NCBI RefSeq assembly: GCF_001194135.2
Contig: NC_068997.1
Coordinates: 19,823,377-19,887,376, forward strand
Reading direction: 5' to 3'
Origin: Octopus bimaculoides
Lineage: Eukaryota
Length of the DNA: 64,000 bases
Positions 25,670-37,407 of the stretch are shown piece after piece; within the stretch, counting starts at the first letter, position 1, and each line of letters begins with the position of its first letter. The notes beneath the pieces are model-generated. The model saw only the letters and a list, made by a program, of their open reading frames with translations, was not told the DNA's origin and did not search any database. A program made the translations under genes and the position numbers.

Positions 25670-27047
25670 GTGCTTGTGTGTTTCTCTCCCAAACACTGCT
25701 TGACAACTGGTGTTGGTTTGTTTATGCCCCTATAACTTAGTGGTTCAACAAAAGAGGCTGATAGAATAAGTAACCAACTTAAAAATAACTACAGTGGCCC
25801 AGCATGGCTGCAGTTCAATAACTTGAACAGGTAAAAGATAAAAAGATAATGAAGTGAAATGTCTGCATTCTGATGGTAGACACCTGAGACAATACTGGTC
25901 TGTATTATCTGCATTTACCGTTTCCTTGGAGAGCATCATGGGTGGGGAGAGGGGTACTTACATGCAAGAGCATTACTTTATTTTAATATGCTTGTTAGAA
26001 TCTAGTATCTATCTAAACATTCTGTTATGATCCTGAAGAATTAAATACAAACCTACTCTTCGAGACATTTGAAACAAGTTGATTTAAGAAAATGGCTGAT
26101 TCAGTCTCTATGAAGCTATCTTTTTTGTTCTTTATGTCTTTTTCTCTCTATCTGTCTCTTACACAATTCACTAATATCACATTTGTCTCCAAAATGCTTA
26201 ACCATTTACTACCCTTTTTGCATTCCTCTACTTCAATGTTGCATATTTTTACGAATATTAATATCTTCCAATCCAATAGTCAAACAGTTAATTCATGCCA
26301 GTTGCAGTTCTTTCTGACTCTGATCCAAGACAGTCTTCTATGCCATCTCCCTATAAAAGCTAGTTTTTGTTGTTATTGTTGAAAAGAAAATGTCAAAGCT
26401 TCCTGTACAACATATTTCGTGTTACATACATTAAAAGCTGACTATGACCAGCTTGTGTGTAACTTCCATATGAAAGCTGGTTCTATTGCTGCAGCAATTG
26501 CTGTTGTTGTTTGTTCTAGAGAGAAAAATATATATCTTTCATCTTTTATCCTTTACTTGTTTTAGTCATTTTGACTGGGGTCATGCTGGAGTGCTGCCTT
26601 GAAGGGTTTTAGTTAAACAGACTGACCCTAGGACTTATTTTTTTGAAGCCTACTGCTCATTCTGTCAGTCTGTTTTGCTGATACAGAGAATGAGAAGACA
26701 AGAATGAAGGAAATATTAACGCTTCAGCATTTAAAGCATCCATATCCTGTCAGAATATTTTACTTGCTTTATGTCTAAACCAGCTAGATCCAGCTTCTCA
26801 CTCCTACCCTACAATGTCATTCTAAAAATAAACAATCACATCATAAAAATCTCAAGGCTATGAGATAAATACATGATCAGTTCAAAGCAATGGGAATAGA
26901 TAAGCATTACGTTTGACAGAATGCTATGGGATTAAAATGTTTGATGTCAAATAAACCAACATTGAATCGATGTTGCTAAATGGATGACACCAAAACACTT
27001 GTGTTAAAATGTCTCATGCCTGCAATTATCTATCATTGACCAGCAGT

Positions 27048-27426
27048 TGGCACTCTGTCGCTTACGATGTCGAGGGTTCCAGCTGCTCCGATCAACGGAA
27101 CAGCCTGCTCGTGAAATTAACGTGCAAGTGGCTGAGCACTCCACAGACACGTGTACCCTTAACGTAGTTCTCGGGGATATTCAGCGTGACACAGTGTGAC
27201 AAGGCTGACCCTTTGAATTACAGGTACAACAGAAACAGGAAGTAAGAGTGAGAGAAAGTTGTGGTGAAAGAGTACAGCAGGGTTCGCCACCATCCCCTGC
27301 CGGAGCCTCGTGGAGCTTTAGGTGTTTTCGCCCAATAAACACTCACAACGCCCGGTCTGGGAATCGAAACCGCGATCCTATGACCGCGAGTCCACTGCCC
27401 TAACCACTGGGCCATTGCACCTCCAC
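27048..27426 (-). mobile_element. tRNA-derived SINE family B, full length, with TSD
   Basis: Minus-strand head GTGGAGGTGCAATGGCCCAGTGGTTAGGGCAG..GGTTTCGATTCCC. An 11-bp direct repeat TGACCAGCAGT flanks it at 27037-27047 and 27427-27437. Confidence 0.92.
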
Positions 27427-28239
27427 TGACCAGCAGTACAAGCAAGCTGTCCAACAATAACTGAACAAGCTGTGTTATCAAAATGCTAATTTTAAGTTGA
27501 AAAAATATATTCCTTTAAAATTTGACATTTCTTACTTAGAATTAACTTAATATTAGTTTCTTCCCTGTGGAATGTTTCAAATTAATTTAATTTCAGAGCT
27601 ACTCTTGTAGGTTCTTGAATATGTTTACCAAATCATTTACAATAAACAAATGTTTTATTTCGATGATTAAATTTTTTTTTTTCATTTTGCATTTTATTTT
27701 TCCATTCTGATGTGGGTCAAACCAATATGTAAATTTGGGATTTTAATGAGATTTTACTAATGAATAATGGAAATGGAATTTATGTTTATTTTTGTCTTGG
27801 TAGTCTGAGGAAAGACATGGTTCCGTTCCTACTCTTTTACTCTTTCAATTGTTTCAGTCTTTGGACTCTGACCATGCTGGAGCACTGCTTTTTGGAATTA
27901 GGCAAACAAATTGACTCAAGGGTATTTTCAAGTCTAATACTTATTCTATCAACCCTTGTTGTCAAACTACTAAGTTATAGGAATGTAAACAAACCAACAC
28001 TGATTATCAGGTAGTGGAGGATGACAAACACAAAGACATACATACATACATACATAAGCATGGCTGTATAGGTAAGAAGCTCACTCTGCAACCATGTGCA
28101 CCTAGGTTCAGTCTGACTATACAGCACCTTGGGCAAGTGTCTTCTAGTTTAGCCCTGGGCCAACCAAAGCCATGATACTGGATTTGGAAGAAGGAAACTG
28201 TGTGAAAGCCCATCATGTACATATTAAGAACAAGGATGT

Positions 28240-28341
28240 TAGTCAGAATTTTGGATAATTATTTGGTTAGCACTTTCATTTCATTTCATTTCCAATATGG
28301 AATGAAAATGCTAAATGAATAATTGTCCAAAATTCTGACTA
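28240..28341. repeat. Fold-back upstream of the 28395 hammerhead
   Basis: TAGTCAGAATTTTGGATAATTATT pairs with AATAATTGTCCAAAATTCTGACTA (24 bp, one G-U), followed by TTAGCACTTTCATT pairing with AATGAAAATGCTAA. Confidence 0.9.
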
Positions 28342-28394
28342 CCTCCTTTTCGTTCTGTTTAACAGTCATTTTTCACAGGAATTTTCAATGGCCG

Positions 28395-28455
28395 GATAAC
28401 TGAAGAGATGTTGGCGTGGGTTTCCACCCCGGCATCCGAAACTCAGAGTTTTATC
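28395..28455 (+). ncRNA. Minimal type I hammerhead ribozyme motif (Penelope-like-element type)
   Basis: Stem I GATAA/TTATC; core CTGAAGA; long stem II GATGTTGG-c-GTGG(gttt)CCAC-c-CCGGCATC; one extra C; GAAA; near-palindromic stem III ACTC-a-GAGT; cleavage triplet GTT (after 28450). Confidence 0.8.
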
Positions 28456-28489
28456 ATAGCTACCGAATAAGTGTCACGTATTTTTAAAG

Positions 28490-28533
<44 letters not shown>

Positions 28534-28738
28534 TAAGGTGGCAAACTGACAAAATCATTAGTGCACTGGAAAATGTTTCACGTCCTGAGTTCATATGCTG
28601 CTAGGGTCAACTTTACCTTTCATACTTTTGAGGTCAATAAAATAAGCACCAGTTGAACACCGGGGTTGATGTAATCAACTTACCCTCTCCCCCAAATTGC
28701 TGGACATGTGCCAAAATTCAAAACCAATGCATACACGT

Positions 28739-28777
<39 letters not shown>

Positions 28778-30666
28778 GCTGTAAAAGAATACCTGAGAAA
28801 GCAGTCAATCGCACCTATGTATGTAGAGTTCAAATCAAAAGTTATTTTACCAAATTTTTTTTTTCAAATGTTGATAGCAATTTTCTTCTTTTGTTGTTGG
28901 CTGGTTTCATTTATCTGAGAAGACAACTACTGGTGAAATTTCAAAGTGACTGTCTACCTTTTTTTTTTCATAAAAAAAAATACATACATGCAAACAAACA
29001 AACAAACATACATACATATATGAATATATTTATATACACACACACACACACAAACATATTTATATGCACAGGCACATACACTTATGTCACATACACACAC
29101 ACACACATACACACACATACATGTCTTCTAAAATGAAGTTTATAAACTATCCACTCCCTTTTCTCACTAATAATGATAATATTTGGCTAAATATGCTTAT
29201 ATATTTGCCGATTAATTCATTGTTAAATCAAATCAGTTTTGGAGACTGTGCTTAATTCTAGGCGCGGCTTACACAGGTAAATCTCTTTATCATCTCTGCC
29301 TAACAACCTCTTTCATTATATTAGTGATATAGTGCTATCTGCTAACCAGTAAATGTAAATCCGTTGACATCTGCCTGTAACACTAACATACTATTAGATC
29401 CACTTGATGTATTTGGGTTTTGTTGCAACACTGATAAAGTGTTGCCATTAATCCTCTGAATTCTAGCTTTTGTCAGTTGTGCCACAGGTAAGAAAGACAT
29501 ATTTTCACTATTATTGTTCTTTGATATTGATTTAATATTATTACGGCCTCTTCAGCCTGTTTGGAATATTTAAAGATACTGGACATTGTTTACCAACAGT
29601 TAAGTCTCTCTCTCTCTTTACACAACACATACATGAACACACATTTATGTATCTGCATACATTCCTGTAATATACACATATATGCTCCTTAGTGCACACG
29701 CACACTCTGTATTTTAAGAATACTCTTTGATGCTACTACTCTCTGGAACTCATTACCAATATTTTGTTTTCCTCTGGTCATTTAGCATTTAAACCAGCCA
29801 TATCCAGCCAAAATATTCTATTTGTTTTATGTTCAAACTGACCAGACTTGGCCTCTCATACATACTCTACAATGTCACTCTAAAAATATACAACCACATT
29901 AACAAAATCTCAAAACTACAAGACAGTAAATGATTCATTCAAAACAATGTGAATAAATAAGCATTGCATATGACAGAGTAATATGAAAGCTAAAGGGTTA
30001 AGCTTTCTTTCAATGGACATCTTTTGAATTTGTACGCCCTTTCTTTTCCCTCTTTGTTGTCCTTTATGCTACAGATGCCTCAGGCCTTGTTTGGGATAAA
30101 ATCTTAAATAAATGAATAAGCCAAATTTACCAACCAGTCTTTCTCATATGAATATTCTACATCAATCAATGTCTCACAAATACTACCATCTTTCATATTC
30201 CCCCATTTTGGTACATTATTTAATGTAACTCAACTATATGCTGAAATAGTATCTGGGTTCATTCTGGACAGATTCTTTGATCCTTTCCTTTTATTATCCC
30301 AGCCATAATCATATAAAGGATCTTTCAGAATATTATTGTACCAAGTTTTGGTGCTTTACACATTATCTAAATATCACGAAACTAATCTTATCTTGTGATG
30401 TTCCCAGAATTATATTTTATGATGTTATCACATCATCCACTGACCTCATAGACGTATCTATGAGACATAAATTTCAGATTTCATTTTGTAATATCCTGCA
30501 TGTTAATTTGTGTGTGTGTACATTCATGTGTGTGTGTGTGTGTGTGTCTGTCTGTCTGTCTGTCTGTGTGTGTGTGTGTCTGTGCATATATGTGTATATA
30601 TATTTATATATACATACATGTATACACACCATAATGTGCTGAAAAATAAAATTAAGAATTTTATTT

Positions 30667-30707
<41 letters not shown>

Positions 30708-30901
30708 TACTACTATTATTATTATGGCAGAATTGTTAACAAGCTTTATGCTTTGAGTTCAAATTCTGCTGTAGTTGAATGTATCTTTCATCCTTTCGGG
30801 GTTGATAAAATAAGTATGAGATGAACACTGAGGTCAATGTAATCCACTAGCACCCTTCCCCACCACCCCAAATTTCAGGCCTTGTGCCTATAGAAGAAAG
30901 G

Positions 30902-30946
<45 letters not shown>

Positions 30947-30952
30947 GGTGGT

Positions 30953-30986
<34 letters not shown>

Positions 30987-33900
30987 AATCGTTAGTATAC
31001 CAGAAAAAATGCTCTAAGGTCAACTTTACCGTTCATATATATGCATATATATAAATCTGTTTATCTTTCTGTGAGTATGTATGTATAAATGTATATATAT
31101 ATGTATGTATGCAATGTGTGTGTATGTGTGTGTGCATGCATGTATGTGTATTTATGTCCTGTTTTGACACTGTGTAAATTATAAACAAACTGCACCACCA
31201 TACGAGTAATGTCATTGATTTGCAATCTTCTGTGAAGATATGTTCGACCATTGTGCTGTTCGTGTTTGAAGGAACAGTGGGAATTTTACTTTGTTTGAGA
31301 ATAGGTGAAGGTTAGCAACAGGAAGAACATCCAGCCATAGGAAATCGAATTTTATCTGACCCTTGCAATCATGGAAAAATAGATGTTAAAACAATAATAT
31401 ATAAATATGTATGTGTGTGTGTGCATATGTGTGTACATATATACACATACACGCACAAACATTATATACACACAGACAAACACATATGGTCATGCATTTG
31501 CTTGGAAGATGTATGAGCCTATGAGCATATTTTAGTTTGGGATTTCTATGTTTTTTTTCAAGACAGCAACATATTTGGTAAGAACTCGGCAGGAATGTTG
31601 ACAGTAAAATTTTGAAGAACAAAGACACAGATGAGTTCTCTGTGAGGCGCTGATGTTGTGGATAATGACCTTGTTAAATATTGACATAGTAGACTTGAGA
31701 GCTAGCGGATAGTATATCTTAATGGTTATGAAATAGATAAGATCGTTAAGGACATTGATGTAGTGGAAAAGAGCTCTAGGAGAACATGTACACTGATAAG
31801 ATAACCAGATATTGTGGTTAAGTACAGGCATGGCTGTGTGTTAAGAAGTTTGCTTCCTGAACACATGGTTCCAGATTTAGATCCGCTGCCTGGCACCTTT
31901 GTGTCTTCTATGAAGCCTTGTGTGTGTGTATTTGTTAAAAGGAAACTGAAAGAAACCTGTTTTATATGTATATATTCATGTATGTGTGTGTTTGTGTTTG
32001 TCCCCCACTGCTGCTTGGCAACTGGAGTTGATTTGTATATGTCTCTGTAGAATAATGGTTTGACATAAGACACTGATAAAGTACAACGCTTAAAGAAAAA
32101 AAGTTCTGGTGTCGAATCATTCCCCTAAAACATGTCAAGGCAGTGACTTGGCATGGCTGCAGTCCAATGTCTGAAACAAGCAAAAGTTAAAAAGGTAGAA
32201 CATTTATATGGTGGTTGAAAACTTTACTACAGAGTAGGGATGTAAATAAAAACTCTAAGGAACATTTGTGCTGTAAATGAGAAAACTCTTGTAAAAAGAC
32301 AAGATTCTTCTGTGTCAGAAGAGTGATGTGGTGATCTAGCCTTTTAAACCTTTCAACATTCAGATAACTCTGTCAAACATAATGTTTATTTATTCACATT
32401 GGTTTGAATTGATCAAGCATTATCTTATAGCATCAAGATTTCAGTGATGTGATTAGCTATTCTTAAGATGATATTTTAGGGTAAATATGAGAGGCCAGAT
32501 CTAGCTGGTTTGAACATAGAGTTGGTAGAATATTTGCACTGGATATGCTCGTTTTAAACGTCAAAGGTTCAAAGGCTAAAGAATGAATGGTGATATATTT
32601 TTTTTATTACATTAAACTTTGCTGTACTTACCCAAATTTACATCTTACAGCAATTTTTGTCAGAGTTATTTTAGTCATTTGTGCTTTTCTGATGAATAAC
32701 TTAAATATGAATAACATACATAAGAATAACATAAATATCTATATGATATTTGACTAGGAGGCTCTTACCATTATATATGCTATTATTATCGTGATCATTA
32801 CTAACTTTATTGTCATTATCAACATTTCATATGTAATTATAATTATTAAGCTGTCACACTCCTTGAGATCAGAAAGGAAAAACTAATTTGAATTCAATGA
32901 AAGCATTAAATAATTTTGTCAGTTCCATATTAAAAATAATATAATAGCCTCATTTATCATTTATTTGTCTTTATCTAATTTTAAATATCCCCCCCCCCAC
33001 ACACACACATATACATATAACACACACACACACACACACACANNNNNNNNNNNNNNNNNNNNNNNNNNNNNNNNNNNNNNNNNNNNNNNNNNNNNNNNNN
33101 NNNNNNNNNNNNNNNNNNNNNNNNNNNNNNNNNNNNNNNNNNNNNNNNNNNNNNNNNNNNNNNNNNNNNNNNNNNNNNNNNNNNNNNNNNNNNNNNNNNN
33201 NNNNNNNNNNNNNNNNNNNNNNNNNNNNNNNNNNNNNNNNNNNNNNNNNNNNNNNNNNNNNNNNNNNNNNNNNNNNNNNNNNNNNNNNNNNNNNNNNNNN
33301 NNNNNNNNNNNNNNNNNNNNNNNNNNNNNNNNNNNNNNNNNNNNNNNNNNNNNNNNNNNNNNNNNNNNNNNNNNNNNNNNNNNNNNNNNNNNNNNNNNNN
33401 NNNNNNNNNNNNNNNNNNNNNNNNNNNNNNNNNNNNNNNNNNNNNNNNNNNNNNNNNNNNNNNNNNNNNNNNNNNNNNNNNNNNNNNNNNNNNNNNNNNN
33501 NNNNNNNNNNNNNNNNNNNNNNNNNNNNNNNNNNNNNNNNNNNNNNNNNNNNNNNNNNNNNNNNNNNNNNNNNNNNNNNNNNNNNNNNNNNNNNNNNCAC
33601 CAGACAAAATACTTAGCAACATTTCTTCTGACTTCAGATTCCACTGAGGTTGACTTTGCCTTTCATCCTATTGGGTTCAATAAATTATGTACCAGTCACA
33701 CACTGAGGTTGATGCAATTGACTTAACCTATCTCTCAAAATTTCATATAATTCTTGTTCTCTGGATAGAATTTTAAATTAAAAAAAGAATATGTTTTAAC
33801 TTGAATTATAAAAATACAACAAAAAAAAAAACATAATAAACATAATAAAAAATTGAATCAAGAAGGTATATATGTGAGAAATTTTTAAATTCCATTTTTA

Positions 33901-34393
33901 ACCAGATTTTTAAAATAAACCACTTAACAGAGATGTATTATCTGCTTACAATCTCTGTTAATCTGTATGCTCATAATAACGCCCAAAGTTACCTCTAAGT
34001 ATATTTGACCTTTCTCTACGGCCAGTGTTACGCACAGCACAATGCTTAATGATGGTACTGTGATATTTGATAGATTTTGACAATCTCTTGTTCAGTACGT
34101 GTCAAGAAAGCTACACACTTGACCAATCTTTTGTGGACAAAAGATAATTTTTCAACATTTTGAAAAGTTTGCATGCATATTTGAGCTAGCATCTCATCTG
34201 AGACAGCATATACCAAATATGAGAGTAGTTAATCAGCTTCTAATCAGCTAATCTCTAATTATGTGATCCTATAGAAAAAAATCAATCAATCTATGTTTAT
34301 GTCTCTCTGAATGTTTTTGCGATTGCATGTATGTAAATACACACACACACACACACACACACACATAAATACATACATACATACATATATATA

Positions 34394-34432
<39 letters not shown>

Positions 34433-34534
34433 TCACACATACACAAAGTAATTTGGATTATATTATCAGATGATTTAGATTAGAATTATCAGTAAACAGA
34501 ATCCTTGTCAATCAAATTTTGTCAAGGCTGGTTA

Positions 34535-34830
34535 CTCCCACCAGTTATATTTACTGTCCCACAAGCTATTTCCATTAATCAGTTACATTACAGTTCCACA
34601 TGACCATTCCCACCAACTAGTTTTTGACTGTCCCACAATCCCTTTCCCACTAATCATTTGTCACTGTTCTACGAAACCATTTCCACCAATCAGTTCTGTC
34701 TCATGAGACCATTTCCATTACACTGGCTCTTCACTGTCTCACAAACCCACCCCACTAATTCGTGTACGGTCCCACAAAACTATTCCCACCAGTTAGTGCA
34801 TTGCCCTACAATACTATTCCTATCGATCAA
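34535..34830. repeat. Degenerate minisatellite, about 36 bp x 8-9
   Basis: Consensus approximately TTCCCACCAATCAGTT-n-ACTGTCCCACAAAACCA. Confidence 0.8.
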
Positions 34831-34960
34831 GTCAGCCTCAAACATAATATCCTGAAATACATGCAACACTAACTGGAATGAGGTATTTGCAATGAAGGCT
34901 GAAAATCAGACTGATCAAAATATAATGTGAGCATATATTTTTAAAAATATATCTACGTCT

Positions 34961-35126
34961 AGGCGCAGGAGTGGCTGTGTGGTAAATAGCTTGTTTATCA
35001 ACCACGTGGTTCTGGGTTCAGTCCCACTGCGTGGCACTTTCAGCAAGTATCTTCTACTATAGCCTCGGGCCGACCAAAGCCTTGTGAGTGGATTTGGTAG
35101 ACGGAAACTGAAAGAAGCCCGTCGTA

Positions 35127-35159
<33 letters not shown>

Positions 35160-35415
35160 NNNNNNNNNNNNNNNNNNNNNNNATATATGTGTGTGTGTGT
35201 GTGTGTTTGTGCGTCTGTGTCCCCCCCCAACCATCGCTTGACAACCGATGCTGATGTGTTTACATCCCCATAACTTAGCGTTTCGGCAAAAAGAGACCAA
35301 TAGAATAAGTACTAGGCTTATAAAGATTAAGTCCTGGGGTTGATTTTCTCAACTAAAGGCGGTGCTCCAGCATGGCCGCAGTCAAATGACTGAAACAAGT
35401 AAAAGAGTAAAAGAG
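34961..35415 (+). mobile_element. tRNA-derived SINE family A, full length, with internal (TA)n(TG)n microsatellite
   Basis: Head AGGCGCAGGAGTGGCTGTGTGGTAA...GGTTCAGTCCCAC (A/B-box-like), body ending GACGGAAACTGAAAGAAGCCC, microsatellite, then a tail ending GACTGAAACAAGTAAAAGAGT. About 20 full or partial copies occur, e.g. 33-410 (+), 427-740 (-), 1417-1580 (-), 4035-4390 (-), 7114-7273 (+), 23855-24255 (-), 25485-25860 (+), 31825-32200 (+), 45022-45170 (-) and 59330-59660 (-). Confidence 0.9.
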
Positions 35416-36414
35416 TATCTTTCATGATGACCATGTGTTTCCCAGTTTTAGAATAGGTACCCTGTGTCAGTGGAGGTGTGTGGCCTAGTGGTTAGGGTGT
35501 TGGATTCATGACTGTAAGATTGTGGTTTCGATCCCTGAACTGGGCGATCCGTTGCGTTCTTAAGAAAAACACTTCATTTCATGTTGCTCCAATCCACTCA
35601 GTTGGCAAAAATGAGTTTAGCCTGGAAAGGGATGGATTCTGCCAGGCTTTTTCACTCTAGAAACGCTGCATGGCTGCAGCACCTTGAGGCCCCGAGAAAG
35701 GGGGTTAAGGGACTTGTCAACTGTCAACTCCATGTCCCTGTGTGTGCAGTAATAGGTAACTGAAAGGTGAGTGATAGGAAGAGCATCCGGCCAACTCATG
35801 ACAGCATCGAAAAGCAAACATCAAATGGTGGTAATAATGAGGATTTACATCTCTCATTAAGTATTTAATAGTCGCTCCATTTCAACAACAAAAATAAACA
35901 TCCCATTCCTGTAGACATGCAAAAGGAAAACAAAAAAAGAACAAAATCAAAAATACAATCATAATAAAATTTTCTGCTGTAGGCACAAGGGCATTCACCC
36001 CAAATGCTCAACTGGTACTTATTTTATCGATCATGAAAGTATGAAAGGCTAAGACGACCTTGGTCACATTTGAACTCAGAACACAAAGACAGAAGAAATG
36101 CTGTTAAACATTTTATCCAGTGCAGTAACAATTCTTCCAGCTTGCTGCCTGACTACTACTACTACTACTACTACTACTAATAATAATAATAATAATAATG
36201 GTTTCAAATTTTGCTGCAGGGGCAGCAATTTTGGGGGAGGGGATGAGTTAATTGCATCACCCCCAGTGTTCAACTGGTACTTGTTTTATTGATCCTAAAA
36301 GGATGAAAGGCAAAGTCAACCTCAGTGAATTTTGAACTCAGAACATAGTAAACGGTCGAAATACCACTAAGCATTTTGCTCAACATGCTAACGATTCTGC
36401 CAGCTCGCCACCTC

Positions 36415-36457
<43 letters not shown>

Positions 36458-36568
36458 GATAAGTGATAATGAATAATAAATGAACTGCTGTCATTAAAAA
36501 ATCTAGGATTGAACTCATCCGTTTTGCTTATATAGCCTCCTAATTTTTGTTTTTTTTATCTTTTTCAG

Positions 36569-37343
36569 CAGATCACGTGGAAATATACATGGCAGATACT
36601 GTCTGAGAATTATGGAGGGCAATCATTATTAATATGGAAGTAGCACCAGAACAACACTCACTAGAGTAACTGTTTCTCACTGGATTTAACATATACTGAA
36701 CTCACTGGAGTAATATTTCCTGCAATAAATATCTCTCATTGGAGTAACACTCGTTGAAGTAATCACTTTCACTTGGATTGGAATAACACTCATTGAAGTA
36801 AATCACTTTCACTTGAGTAACACAGAAGTCGTACATTTAATTTTTTTTCCTTTCTCTCACTCACTGGAGTAATTTTCATTGAATTAAAACACTCTCATTG
36901 GAGTATCACTTATTGAAGTAACTCTCTTTCTGTCTCTCTCTTGCATTTTCTTCCTGGGGTAATATTACCAGAGAACTGAACCAAACACAAAGTTGAGTTA
37001 TTTGAGTTCAACTTACTTTTTTTCAATTGCATTTTTTTAATTTCAAACATACCGAAATCTAAAAACAAGAAAGTCTCTTTAAAAATTGAATAATCTAACA
37101 AAAAAAAAAAAAATACCACAAGAAGTCTTACAAATATATGTTTATACAAAATCTTTTCATAATTTAAATTTTACACTTTTATGAAACCAACTTTGTTAAG
37201 TTTTCTCTCAAAGGAATCAATCTTTGAGCAAATTATATTGCTGAGTTTACTCAGGCTCAAACAGGCTCAAACAGGCTCACTGAGGCTTAAAGAGAAAACT
37301 GGCAAAATAAAAGACTTTTTAAGAATCTCCAGCACAAAATAGA
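36569..37343 (+). other. Putative 5' UTR portion of the DGK start-codon exon (acceptor uncertain)
   Basis: A strong polypyrimidine tract ends in a CAGCAG tandem acceptor at 36566-36571. An alternative acceptor ttttctctcaaag ends at 37213. The sequence is non-repetitive. I cannot choose between the two without RNA data. Confidence 0.4.
36657..36921 (+). repeat. Cluster of about 12 copies of the 13-mer YTCAYTGRAGTAA
   Basis: Copies start near 36657, 36676, 36701, 36735, 36749, 36789, 36808, 36860, 36875, 36894 and 36909, with irregular spacers. Confidence 0.85.
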
Positions 37344-37407
37344 ATGGCAATGCAGTGGCAAAAGCTTAGTCCAGCTCAGTTCCACCAACTGCAAGAATAT
37401 TGCAACT
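37344..37407 (+). CDS. DGKB: Type I diacylglycerol kinase (DGKA/B/G family), first coding exon
   Basis: ATG at 37344 with an in-frame TAA 24 nt upstream. Encodes MAMQWQKLSPAQFHQLQEYCN plus one base (T), then a GTAAGT donor at 37408. Matches the W-x-x-LSP-x-(E/Q)F-x-QLQ-x-Y start of the DAG kinase N-terminal domain as I recall it. The symbol is a closest-family label; an invertebrate type I DGK is probably co-orthologous to DGKA/B/G. Confidence 0.92.

Noticed and set aside
26029-26084. GATC-CTGAAGA...GAAAC-AA-GTT-GATT hammerhead-like string
   Set aside because: There is no credible stem II; probably chance in AT-rich DNA.
27330-27426. tRNA-like sequences at SINE heads
   Set aside because: They are A/B-box-derived SINE heads continuous with SINE bodies; no complete cloverleaf tRNA gene was found.
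29484-29560. Minus-strand ACAGG-CTGAAGA...GAAA...CCTGT hammerhead-like string
   Set aside because: Stems II and III do not form.
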